Source: a virus (lineage: Duplodnaviria; Caudoviricetes). Taken from it: a DNA stretch of 28,455 nucleotides. Within the stretch, counting starts at the first letter, position 1; the number at the start of each line of letters is the position of its first letter. A program made the translations under genes and the position numbers. Of this stretch, positions 17,225 through 26,406 are shown in pieces. The DNA lies in IMG/VR virus record IMGVR_UViG_3300038674_000223, positions 1-28,455 of that record; one strand, given 5' to 3'. Below the pieces are notes generated by a model, which saw only the letters and a list, made by a program, of their open reading frames with translations, was not told the origin of the DNA and searched no databases.

Positions 17225-18916
17225 ATGGCGTTTGGTGGAAATAGGCAACGAATCAGCGGGCCGATCAGCCCGATGGGTCCGTCCATTGGGGGGTTCACGC
17301 CTGCTCAGCAGGTGATTGATCCTCAGCAGTCGGCGATTCGGCAACGGTCGTCTGAGGCGCTGATGGAGGCGATCCGGGCTGGGTCTGAGGACTTGTCGAA
17401 GAAGCGGGCACAGGAAGCCCAGATGGCCCACGAAAGCGGGATGGAGCAGATGAAGCAGTCGGGAGAGAACTCTCGACAGATGACTGGTTTGCTGGCCGGT
17501 CTGGGCAGCCAGTTCATGCAGCAACGCCATGCCTCGAAGGAGTCGGCGGCCCAGCGAGAGCTTGACGAGCGGCTTGCGGGCCTCCGGGAAAGTGGCCTGG
17601 ACCGCAGGTGGGCGGCTGAGTTGCAGGCCCGCAAAGATTCTCAGAGCCAGACGGAGGCATTTTCGAGGGAGGTCCGGAAAGACCTTCAGGCCCGAATGGA
17701 TGCACAGCGTGCCCTCGAAGGTCTCACGTCGGGGATGCCTGATGACTACGAGGGTCTGTTGGCGCCCTACAGTGCGGCGTATGAGCACTTGAAGCAGGCG
17801 GAGATAGAGGCTCTGCAACTGGGGATGGGCCTGTATCTGGATCAGCTTTATGGGGGGGATCTGAGGTCGAAGATGTTTGGGATGACTCCCACATCGGACC
17901 TCATGAGGGCGGGAGGTATGAAGGAGGGGATGGGGGCGTCGAGCCCGGCCCGCATCATGGACGACTATATGAGGGAGAGCGGGAGCTTCCAGTCGGCGGG
18001 ACAACAGCCCAGTTCAGCGGTCATGAAGGGCTTTCGGGCCTTCAAGGACAGCATGGACCAGATGGTCCAGTTGAAGGATCAGACCGACCAGTTGAGGCAG
18101 AGTGTGCCGGTCATGATGGTTTTCGGACAGGACGCGGACCTCAGCCAGGGCCTCAAGGGTGTTGCCGTCCGAATGATGGGGATGCAGGGGGTTACGCCTG
18201 TTGTCTCTTTGGGGGAGATGCTCAACCAGATGGTGACGGTGTTCGGGGGAAAGCAGCCCCCCGAGTCGGTCGAGAAGGTTGCCATCCAGCCCCAGATGGC
18301 CTACCAGGTATCCAGTTGGCTGACGGATGCCAAGGCTGCGCTGTATAACCAGTATGATATCCTGGAGAATACTCCCTCTCTGATTCCTCCAGAGGAGCGT
18401 GAGACTCGGAAGAATCAGATCATGGGCGTGGTTCGACAGATCGACCGGATTCAGGGCAACTACCGGAAAGTGATGGGCCAGGTCGAACATCGGATGAGCA
18501 TGGTGCCCGCATACCAGGAAGGAGAGTGGGGCGACCGGCTGACGAGTGGAGACTATCCGACAATGAGGGAGGCGGTCCAGGAGATCCAGGCCCAGAAGAA
18601 TCGGCTGGCCTCATTGATTGACGGCGTTCCGATGGACCAGGTCCAGGAGGTTGTCCAGACCGCGAGGAGTGACGAGATCCGGAAGATCCAGCAGGCCAAC
18701 ATTCGGACTTCCATGCTGATGTCGGAGGGGCGCTACGAGGAAGCCATGCAGTTTATTTCTCAGACGTTGGATGAAATCTCTGCGTCTCGGCAGCAGCGGA
18801 CCCGAGAAGTCCGGAAGATGCTGCCTACCTACAAGGATGTCCAAGGTGCCCGCAGACCCGGCTCTCGACTCGCCCTTCCGGCGGCGGATGAGCCTATGGG
18901 GCCGACTGTTGAATGA
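17225..18916 (+). CDS. Putative internal virion / ejection protein
   Basis: RBS AGGAG; Gln/Met-rich helical protein; gene order. Confidence 0.6.
   Translation: MAFGGNRQRISGPISPMGPSIGGFTPAQQVIDPQQSAIRQRSSEALMEAIRAGSEDLSKKRAQEAQMAHESGMEQMKQSGENSRQMTGLLAGLGSQFMQQRHASKESAAQRELDERLAGLRESGLDRRWAAELQARKDSQSQTEAFSREVRKDLQARMDAQRALEGLTSGMPDDYEGLLAPYSAAYEHLKQAEIEALQLGMGLYLDQLYGGDLRSKMFGMTPTSDLMRAGGMKEGMGASSPARIMDDYMRESGSFQSAGQQPSSAVMKGFRAFKDSMDQMVQLKDQTDQLRQSVPVMMVFGQDADLSQGLKGVAVRMMGMQGVTPVVSLGEMLNQMVTVFGGKQPPESVEKVAIQPQMAYQVSSWLTDAKAALYNQYDILENTPSLIPPEERETRKNQIMGVVRQIDRIQGNYRKVMGQVEHRMSMVPAYQEGEWGDRLTSGDYPTMREAVQEIQAQKNRLASLIDGVPMDQVQEVVQTARSDEIRKIQQANIRTSMLMSEGRYEEAMQFISQTLDEISASRQQRTREVRKMLPTYKDVQGARRPGSRLALPAADEPMGPTVE
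18850..18876 (+). repeat. Motif copy 9 (18861-18874) within a 27-bp sequence identical to 6972-6998
   Basis: Exact 27/27 match. Confidence 0.95.
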
Positions 18917-18946
18917 TGACTGAGCCTATGGAGCCGACTGTCGAAT
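18889..18946 (+). repeat. Tandem duplication of a gene 3' end
   Basis: TGAGCCTATGGGGCCGACTGTTGAAT (18889-18914) vs TGAGCCTATGGAGCCGACTGTCGAAT (18921-18946), 24/26 identical. Confidence 0.9.
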
Positions 18947-18988
18947 AGCGGCTGAGGTTTGTGGTTCAGGTGGAAAGCGAGGTGTTGG

Positions 18989-19915
18989 ATGCCACGATCT
19001 AAGTATGATGATCTTCGGGATCTTCTTGGGGGTCAGGACTTGTTCCAGAAATCTCAGGGCGAGACGGACCAATATCTCAGTGAGTTTCTCGGGCTGGGAG
19101 GTGGGGAAGCCCCGGGGGCATCTCTTCCAACAAACTGGTTTGATCGGCACGAGGCTAGGACAGGCAACAAAATAGTGTATGGAGTTCCCCCTAGTGCACC
19201 GGGGGCGGAGACCGTCGGAACCGAGGAGTCGAGCACGCTGTCTGATCTGACACCCTTGCTTGTTTCGTTGGGCTTGTCGGTGCTTACCAGCCGAATGGGA
19301 CTCGGCCCAGGAGTGGGGGCTGGAATTGGGGCTGTAGGCAAGGGTTCTCGTGCCTACCGGGCAGGCCAGGCGGTCCGCAAGGGGTTGGGTAAGTTGACCG
19401 GAGGCAGGCTGGGGGGTGGCCCGGCTGCGAAGACGGCGGCACCAGCAGTGGCTGACGTGGGCAAGAAGGCTGTGGAGAATGCAGTGAAGGGGGGAGGGTG
19501 GGGCTCGAAGTTCACGAAGGTGTTGGGTGTTGCGGGGCTGGGAAGTCTGGTCGCCGAGCCGATTGTAGGGGGGTTGCAAGATACCATCGCAAGAGTGTCG
19601 GGGTCGCCGACCCGAGCGGAGCGACAGGAAGAAGAACGGTTGAATATGGAGATTGCGGCCCTGTCCAGGAAGCGGGGGGCTGAACAGGCTCTGGCGGAAG
19701 AGGAGTTGAAGTTCCGGAAGGAGTTGGTGACAGCAGAGCGGGAGATGGTAAAGGAGAGGGCGCACCAGGAGATGCTGATGCGGCTGACAGAGATTGCGGA
19801 GCAGAATCGGAGAGGGCGAGTCGAGGGGCTCATGAACATTGAGCAAGCAATCGTGAACAGTCGAGTGCAGCATATGGACAGCCTGCGGGACATCATGACT
19901 GGGTGGGCTCGCTAG
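18989..19915 (+). CDS. Putative ejection protein (Gly-rich hydrophobic segments plus coiled coil)
   Basis: ATG 18989 follows GAGGTG; glycine-zipper-like GLGPGVGAGIGAVG; C-terminal coiled coil. Confidence 0.65.
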   Translation: MPRSKYDDLRDLLGGQDLFQKSQGETDQYLSEFLGLGGGEAPGASLPTNWFDRHEARTGNKIVYGVPPSAPGAETVGTEESSTLSDLTPLLVSLGLSVLTSRMGLGPGVGAGIGAVGKGSRAYRAGQAVRKGLGKLTGGRLGGGPAAKTAAPAVADVGKKAVENAVKGGGWGSKFTKVLGVAGLGSLVAEPIVGGLQDTIARVSGSPTRAERQEEERLNMEIAALSRKRGAEQALAEEELKFRKELVTAEREMVKERAHQEMLMRLTEIAEQNRRGRVEGLMNIEQAIVNSRVQHMDSLRDIMTGWAR

Positions 19916-19934
19916 ACCCGAGTGTGAGGAGCCG

Positions 19935-21506
19935 ATGATGGCTAAGAGCAAGAACCCGAGAAAGACTCCGAGCAAGACGCCGAGCAAACGTCCGGTACTG
20001 ATGAGTCCTCCTAGTGGGGGGGTCACGTCAGGGGGCAAGGTGGCTGTGGCGAGGTCGTTGGCAAAGTCCCTCATTACCGCAGAGAAGGAGGTTCTGAAGT
20101 CCGGGGGGCCAGGAGCCGCACTGAATTACAAGAAGCTTGAACCTCTTGTCCAGGCGATAGCAAAAGAGGCCGCGAGGAGCGGCCAGAGTTTGGACTCCCA
20201 GGCTGTTTTGAATCAGGCGTTGAGGACTCTGGCGGATCAACTGGATTCCCAGGGCGCTCCCGAGAAACTTCTCTATCGGTATGATGTGACGGCTGAAGAG
20301 CTCTTCCAGGGAAAGCACAAGATATTTCAGTCACAGGATCAGATGGAGAGGATGGTAAGGAGGACGACGGGTTCGATTGCGGGAACGAGACCGGTGGCCG
20401 CCCCAGTACCGGAAACCAAGCAGGTGGTAGCTGCTGCTACTCCCGCCACTGCTACTACTTCGGTGCCTCCGGTGAAGAAAGCTACCGTGGCTGCTCCGAG
20501 GAGGAAGGCTGGGCGAGCGGCTCCTCCGCCGGTTGTCCAGGCAGCAGAGAACAGCGTAGTGACTCCCACGCCGAAGGCCACGCCGAAGGCCGCCCCGAGG
20601 CGTCCTACTACGGGGATGTTTCAACCGAGGGGGCCGAGAGGCCAGTTTGCTTCGAAGCCCCCTGCGAGGCCCTTGAGGACTGCCCGTGAAGTTGTTGGGG
20701 CGAGGCTGGGGCTGGGTGCCCCCCCGAAGACTCCACCCAGGCTGGCTCCCAGGTTGTTCGGGGCGGCAGTATCTCCCGAGCATGCTCGGAATGTGGCGCC
20801 CACGGCTCAGCGGTTGCTGGAGCGGAGTGGACCGGCTACGACCATGAAGCTTGATCCTCGGATCTTCCCTCCGCGTATAGAGGCACTGGAAGAGAGGATA
20901 CGCATGCTGCCGCCTCCTCCGGGGACAACTCCTCCGGGGACGACTTCTCCGGCACCGAGGTCGAGGTGGGGGACGATTGGAAAGGCGGCGGGAGGCGCAC
21001 TGACGGCGTGGATGCTGGCAAGCACGGCGGGGGCCGTGGGGGACATCGTTCATGGAAGGAGTCGGAAGCAGCACGAGAAACAGTTGGAGCGAGCGAAGGA
21101 GGCATACGAGTCGGATTGGCAGCACGAATTGAAGATGAAGCGGCTGGAGTTGGAGCTTCAGCGGACGGCAGAAGAGCGGGCGAGCATCTTGGCGGGAAAC
21201 GACCCGAAGACGGCGGCCCTGATTATGGGGCTGCCTGAGACGACGGACCAGGAAGTCGTCATCGGAGGGAGGCCCCGGCCGGAGCGACTGGTCGAGTTGA
21301 TGAAGCTGGATGCGATCCGGTCGGGGGAGGCGTCCCGTCGGTTGGCGAATGACTCGTACCAGTTCCTGACTGGGGTGGGCTCGGAGGCCCCTTCCGGATC
21401 GGGGTCACTGGGTGATCTGATGGGTCCGACCCCGGAAGTGGGGATGGGCCAGGGGATGGGGCAGGGGATGGGGCTAGGAGGCCCTCCAGGAGGACTTGGG
21501 GGCTGA
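19935..21506 (+). CDS. Putative internal virion protein (basic, Pro/Ala-rich)
   Basis: RBS GAGGAG; K/R/P/A-rich middle, one hydrophobic segment, a coiled coil and a GMGQ tail. Confidence 0.6.
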   Translation: MMAKSKNPRKTPSKTPSKRPVLMSPPSGGVTSGGKVAVARSLAKSLITAEKEVLKSGGPGAALNYKKLEPLVQAIAKEAARSGQSLDSQAVLNQALRTLADQLDSQGAPEKLLYRYDVTAEELFQGKHKIFQSQDQMERMVRRTTGSIAGTRPVAAPVPETKQVVAAATPATATTSVPPVKKATVAAPRRKAGRAAPPPVVQAAENSVVTPTPKATPKAAPRRPTTGMFQPRGPRGQFASKPPARPLRTAREVVGARLGLGAPPKTPPRLAPRLFGAAVSPEHARNVAPTAQRLLERSGPATTMKLDPRIFPPRIEALEERIRMLPPPPGTTPPGTTSPAPRSRWGTIGKAAGGALTAWMLASTAGAVGDIVHGRSRKQHEKQLERAKEAYESDWQHELKMKRLELELQRTAEERASILAGNDPKTAALIMGLPETTDQEVVIGGRPRPERLVELMKLDAIRSGEASRRLANDSYQFLTGVGSEAPSGSGSLGDLMGPTPEVGMGQGMGQGMGLGGPPGGLGG

Positions 21507-21613
21507 GGGGTGTCCGAGGTAGGGGGGAAGGGCGTTCGCGGCAGGGCGGGGGGAATCCTCAAGGATTTCGGGGGTTCTGGGAATGGATAGGTAGGCAGGC
21601 AGGATGGTGAGTA

Positions 21614-24600
21614 ATGGATAGGCCGGATTTTCGGGTGCTTGGTGGGGCTGGTGGGGCTGGCGGGCAGTCGGTGGGGGGATTTGAGTCCCCTCGGTTTATA
21701 GATAGACCCCGGTTGGCGGCCTGGAATCTGGCCAAGAGGGGCGACCCGAATGCGGCTTGGCGGTCCATGCTCCAGCCGGAGAGCTTGTCACCCGAGGAGA
21801 TGGGGTGGCAACCGGGTGAAGATGGGTCGATAGTTGGGTCGGTTATCCGGACACTGACCAACCCGATGGTTATTCTGGGGGCAGCACTGGCCTACAAGTA
21901 TCCGGTGGGGGCGGCCCGTGAGGTACTGAAGAAGGCCACGGGGGCCTTGAAGGGATATGATCGGATGCTCCCCCCGGTGATTCACCGGTTGATGGGGCCT
22001 CGGGGCATCTTTGGGAAGACCAAGTTCCTGCATTATCTGGAGGGGTTCGCGGCCGACTCGAACCACTTTAAGGCTGCGGTGACGAGCAAGGCGGGAGCCG
22101 GGCTCGACAAGTTCATTGCGAGAATGGGGAGGGCACCTACCCAGGCGGAGCAGGTGGCTGCCTCGATGGTCAGCGAGGGACTGGTCCAGAATAGTGCACA
22201 TCCATCGTGGCAGTTGGTGAGGAGACTGGCCCGGAAGGAAATGTACCTGGAGAAATACAGGAGTTCGATGGATACCGGGAAGCTCAACCGGCTGATTCGG
22301 GATGCCATCAATGCGGAGAAGAAGGGCTTGATGGGCGGGGATCTGGACATCGAGAAGAAGCTGAGGTTGGTAGGATCGGTAACTCAGCGGGACTACCTCA
22401 TGAAGCTGGCTCCCCCCGAGTTGGTGGAGTCGGGGAAAGAGTCCTTGATGGACGGACTCCGCATGATGGTTCAAGGCCGGAATGTCCAGAGGCTGACCGA
22501 TGTGAAACAGGTTCGGAGGTTGATAAGTGATAAGGGAATGGAGAAGATCCTGGAAGTACGACAGGCGACTCCGGCCCAACTACTGGATATGGCCCACAAG
22601 AAAGGATTGGATCTGCCGTCAGTGCCCCTGGAGAAGAAGGCTCAGGCCGCATTCTTCAAGGATCTGAAGGCAAAGCTGGAGTTCGGGTACCGAGAAGGGT
22701 ACTGGCCGCATTCGACTCATAGGACACCGGCTCAGCAGGAAGAGTTCGTACGGATGATGTATGAGCAGACGGCGGCGGAACGGCAGGGCATGCTGCTGTC
22801 GGGGCTGGAGCCGGTCAGCCCGAGGGCCAAGGCGTTCAGGAACGCGACCATCCCTGATGCGACGGACTTCGAGTTTGTCAGCCAGGGGTTCAGTCCCGAG
22901 ACGGCCGAGGTGCTCCGGTACCTGAAGAAGATCCCGGAGACGAAACTGGTAAACGGGGAGATCGTGACCACGGGGGCCTCCAAGTACAAGACGTACTCGC
23001 TGTACTGGAGTGCCGTCATGGAGAACTATGGGAACTCGATGGCTTCGACGTATGCCTGGAGTGCTCGGGGGTGGGGTCCGAAACTGATCCAGGAGGTTGA
23101 GGGGCCGATGTGGGTGGCCTCTCAGAAGTCGGCGGCGGGTCGCCTCAGGTATCATATCGCAAAGGAGAATGTGCTCCCGGTTGCCCTGGGTAAGCTGAGC
23201 CAGACGGAGGCGATGTACGCACTGCAATGGGGGGGCCTGAAGAAGCAGGCGTTCGACTTCTTCACTGAGACGGCAAAGTCAAACAAGTGGGGACTGGGGA
23301 GAGAGTCTCAGTGGCTGGCGGACCAGTTGGCCCGTCCGGAGATGCGGGATCTGACGTTCAAGAATGCGGGAGCTAAGCTGGCGGGATACCTCTACCTGAG
23401 TGCGTTGGGATTGAACCCAGCCAGTGCCGGGCTGAACCTGTTTCAGAACATCACGCATACTACGGGCCTGGTGCCGTTCCCCTATGTGGCGAAGGGGATG
23501 CGCGAAGCCTCAAAGGGGATGCCTACTTTCCTGAAGAAGGTGGGATCGGGGACGAAGATCGAGCAGGCATTCCTGGAGGCATGGCCGGAGTACCTGAAGC
23601 TGGGGGGGTCGTCGTCTGAAGTGTCGGAGATGTTGAGGCGAGTCCGGATGGGCGCTGGGGGGATTGCCTCCGCAAGTCGAATAGAGCAGGCCAAGAAGTT
23701 GGTCATGGGGATGTTTAGTGGGTCGGAGCGGTTCAATAAGCTGACGGCATACCATGCGGGTCGGCTGTGGGGTCTGGGAGAGAAGCTGCCTGCCTGGCAA
23801 GCGGAACGGGTAGGCATGGAGATCATGAATAGGACTCAGTTTCCGGGGGGGTTCCTGAGCCAGTCAATCATGATGCAGGGCTGGTGGCCCCCCTTCAGGC
23901 AGTTCACCCAGTTTCCCGCCAGGACATTGGAGTTGTTCACGAGCAGTCCAGGTACGATGGGCCGGATGATGGCTACTGCCGGAGTAGCCCATGAGGCTGG
24001 AAGGGCGATGGGGGTGGACTTGTCGAGAGCGATGGTGTTCGGGGCCATGCCTCAGCCTATGGGGGAAGATCAGCCGTTCTTCCCGATGCCATTCATGCCG
24101 CCGCTGTTGGGTGTGATTGGGGGGGTGGGGTCGGACCTGTTCTCGGGGGAGGCGGGGTTCACGAACACGAGGAGAAATCTACCGCTGGCGATGCCGGGAG
24201 GCGTGGCCCTGGCCCGGGTCAATCAAGTGTATGGGTCTCCGGCGGTGGCCAAGATGATCGGTCGGGGATATGCGGACTACCGGAACCCGAGGGCCGACGG
24301 CACAATCCCCGTCTATACGGCGGATGGATCATTGAGGGAGTTCCAGAGCCCCGTGGGATTATTCAAGAAGGCGGTGGGCTGGAACACCCTCATGGGCGAC
24401 CAGGAAGCGGACCTGACCAGCTATCTGGTGACTCAGCGAGACCGAATCCGGAACTACCGGAGATCCTACATTGAGGCACTGGCCGCAAACGACATGACAC
24501 GGGCCTCCACGATTCACGGAGAGTATAAGAGGGCATACCCACAGTTGGGAGACATTGTGGTGAAGCCTTCGGATATTCGGGCAGTCCACCTTCGGCATGA

Positions 24601-24919
24601 CGTGACGAGGTTGGAGCGGGTACTGGAGACAATGCCTCAGGATGCACGGGAATTGTTCGGAGGAATGGTGGGCGTGGCGATGGGGGAGATTGGGGACCAG
24701 ACCCTGGGGATGGACCCTGCCATGTTGACTCGCCAGTCAACGATTGCCAAACGAGATCCCTACCGTCGAGTCCCCCGGGGAGAGCAGGCCAGCAGGGTGG
24801 CCCAACAGATAGGTGGGGAGGAGGAGGAGCGCCCTCGAATCCGGATGGATCAGACGGGGTCGATTGGTGGAGGCGGTCAGTTTTCGGCGTTCGCACCCTT
24901 CAACGTGTTCGGGAATTAG
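21614..24919 (+). CDS. Large internal virion / ejection protein
   Basis: 1101 aa, last gene of the operon; YLSALGLNPASAGLNLFQ and RTQF...PFRQFTQFP resemble motifs of large podovirus ejection/polyvalent proteins. Confidence 0.65.
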   Translation: MDRPDFRVLGGAGGAGGQSVGGFESPRFIDRPRLAAWNLAKRGDPNAAWRSMLQPESLSPEEMGWQPGEDGSIVGSVIRTLTNPMVILGAALAYKYPVGAAREVLKKATGALKGYDRMLPPVIHRLMGPRGIFGKTKFLHYLEGFAADSNHFKAAVTSKAGAGLDKFIARMGRAPTQAEQVAASMVSEGLVQNSAHPSWQLVRRLARKEMYLEKYRSSMDTGKLNRLIRDAINAEKKGLMGGDLDIEKKLRLVGSVTQRDYLMKLAPPELVESGKESLMDGLRMMVQGRNVQRLTDVKQVRRLISDKGMEKILEVRQATPAQLLDMAHKKGLDLPSVPLEKKAQAAFFKDLKAKLEFGYREGYWPHSTHRTPAQQEEFVRMMYEQTAAERQGMLLSGLEPVSPRAKAFRNATIPDATDFEFVSQGFSPETAEVLRYLKKIPETKLVNGEIVTTGASKYKTYSLYWSAVMENYGNSMASTYAWSARGWGPKLIQEVEGPMWVASQKSAAGRLRYHIAKENVLPVALGKLSQTEAMYALQWGGLKKQAFDFFTETAKSNKWGLGRESQWLADQLARPEMRDLTFKNAGAKLAGYLYLSALGLNPASAGLNLFQNITHTTGLVPFPYVAKGMREASKGMPTFLKKVGSGTKIEQAFLEAWPEYLKLGGSSSEVSEMLRRVRMGAGGIASASRIEQAKKLVMGMFSGSERFNKLTAYHAGRLWGLGEKLPAWQAERVGMEIMNRTQFPGGFLSQSIMMQGWWPPFRQFTQFPARTLELFTSSPGTMGRMMATAGVAHEAGRAMGVDLSRAMVFGAMPQPMGEDQPFFPMPFMPPLLGVIGGVGSDLFSGEAGFTNTRRNLPLAMPGGVALARVNQVYGSPAVAKMIGRGYADYRNPRADGTIPVYTADGSLREFQSPVGLFKKAVGWNTLMGDQEADLTSYLVTQRDRIRNYRRSYIEALAANDMTRASTIHGEYKRAYPQLGDIVVKPSDIRAVHLRHDVTRLERVLETMPQDARELFGGMVGVAMGEIGDQTLGMDPAMLTRQSTIAKRDPYRRVPRGEQASRVAQQIGGEEEERPRIRMDQTGSIGGGGQFSAFAPFNVFGN

Positions 24920-24949
24920 TGCCAGACTTCAATGTGTTCGGGGATTAGT
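24898..24949 (+). repeat. Tandem duplication of a gene 3' end
   Basis: CTTCAACGTGTTCGGGAATTAGT (24898-24920) vs CTTCAATGTGTTCGGGGATTAGT (24927-24949), 21/23 identical. Confidence 0.9.
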
Positions 24950-25064
24950 AGGGGTCAGTAACGAGAAAGACCCAGCAGCAGGATGCTACCGGGCCTATCT
25001 CGACATGCTAGGTGATCCCCGATGATCTGTTTCTCCCGGTGACTCCACCTCCCTTGTTGACTGT

Positions 25065-25164
25065 TGAAAGGCTGTCTCCGGCAGCGGACCCTGCTGTAGA
25101 CAGCTATCCATGAGACGGCCCGGAGCCCCCACAGTGAAGGCTCCGGGCCTGCTCTCGACTCGCC
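25065..25164 (-). ncRNA. Candidate small RNA beginning with the reverse complement of the 14-bp motif
   Basis: Predicted +1 at 25164; 5' end GGCGAGUCGAGAGC; 11-bp hairpin at 25117-25149; second hairpin at 25071-25104 followed by CUUUC. The 3' end is approximate. Confidence 0.5.
25151..25164 (+). repeat. 14-bp dispersed motif, copy 10
   Basis: Exact match in the convergent intergenic region. Confidence 0.95.
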
Positions 25165-25170
25165 ATCCTC

Positions 25171-25198
25171 AGTATACATCAGGAATCTGGAGAGGCAA
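25171..25198 (-). promoter_or_regulatory. Sigma70-like promoter firing antisense to the structural operon
   Basis: On the - strand: TTGCCT (25198-25193), 16 nt spacer, TATACT (25176-25171). Confidence 0.6.
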
Positions 25199-25230
25199 GT
25201 CCACTTTGCGGAGATGCAGTGATTATTTTG

Positions 25231-26388
25231 TCACTCCTCGGGTAGGCACGGGTCTTCTACCCAGCCGGTCGGAGGGGTCTCCGGTAAGGCGGTTGAGTCC
25301 GGAGAGTAGACCAACTCGGCTCCCTCGTTCCAGAGGTCCGCAACTGCCGCGTCGGTGAGGCCCGTCCTCCAGATGAGTACATTCCGAATGGATATGTCAC
25401 TTCTCCATAGTCCGGGGCCTCCTCCAAGGTAGAGCATGATGGGGAGAGGGTCGTCCGAGCCGGATGGCTCCAGTTCATAGATGGTGGGAATCCCGAACCG
25501 GGTGACGTTGCTGTCTGCGGGGGTAAGTGACTCGCCATTCAGGTTGACGTAGCAGGTTCCAGAGATTCGACGAATGACAGCATGGTACCACTTGCCAATC
25601 TCGATGACACCGGTGGCACCCTGGAACATGAGGGAAGGTTCGTTGACCCCCTCACCGTAGATACCGGGTCCGTTGACACAGAAAGTAAACCCAGTCTCGT
25701 TGAAGGGGCCAGTAGAGATAGATACACGCCATGTGGGGTTGTCAGCAGGGGGTGACGCGATTGCAAGGATCTGGTTGGCGAACTCGTGGAGCATGCGAAA
25801 GGTAACACTGATGGTAAAGTCCTGGTCGGTGTCCCACCAGAGTTCGTAGTTCCCGTCGCTGCGGGAGTAGGCGGAAAGGCCCTCAGCTTCCGGGTTGCCG
25901 TACTGGAAGCCGCTGCCTAGGTGAATGATGTTGCTCTCTTCAACGTTGAGCATGTTGATGGGGAAGAAGGGAGGGCCGCCCGGCCGGGGGGTCAAGACGT
26001 TGAGGGGCGGGCCGGACAGTTCATTCATGGGGAAGCAACAGAGGAAGTATGGGGCGGCCGCATCCACGGACGCTCGGCCGAACCCTGCGATGGTAGCAGT
26101 CTGGAAGACAAAGTCTGAGAAGGTATCAACGGCCCCCTGAACAGCAGCCAAGAGTCCATCACAATCCAGAACACCCTCATTGAGGAAGGATGGGGCCAGG
26201 CTTTGGGTGACTCGGAGGGCCAGGTCTAGCCGGATGGATCTCTGGACGGCGGTAGCCAACCGGCTGTCCGTACTGCCGATAGTCTTGAGGATGGCGTCAG
26301 TGTTGTTCTGGGCGGTTAGAAGGCCCTGGGCCTCGATCAAGCGGTTGAAGGCCAGAGCAGTCTCCGGCCCCGGTTTCAGGTTAGCCAT
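25231..26388 (-). CDS. LamG / concanavalin A-like lectin domain protein
   Basis: FTISVTFR ... IEIGKWYHAVIRR...YVNLNG ... LYLGG ... IRNVLIWRTGLTDAAVADLWN follows the Laminin_G_3 pattern; RBS GGGAG. Confidence 0.8.
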   Translation of the reverse strand: MANLKPGPETALAFNRLIEAQGLLTAQNNTDAILKTIGSTDSRLATAVQRSIRLDLALRVTQSLAPSFLNEGVLDCDGLLAAVQGAVDTFSDFVFQTATIAGFGRASVDAAAPYFLCCFPMNELSGPPLNVLTPRPGGPPFFPINMLNVEESNIIHLGSGFQYGNPEAEGLSAYSRSDGNYELWWDTDQDFTISVTFRMLHEFANQILAIASPPADNPTWRVSISTGPFNETGFTFCVNGPGIYGEGVNEPSLMFQGATGVIEIGKWYHAVIRRISGTCYVNLNGESLTPADSNVTRFGIPTIYELEPSGSDDPLPIMLYLGGGPGLWRSDISIRNVLIWRTGLTDAAVADLWNEGAELVYSPDSTALPETPPTGWVEDPCLPEE

Positions 26389-26406
26389 AGTCAGTTCTCC
26401 CGAGCC

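Noticed and set aside
21440-21680. G-run cluster as a functional G-quadruplex
   Set aside because: Expected from the strong local G skew; no independent support
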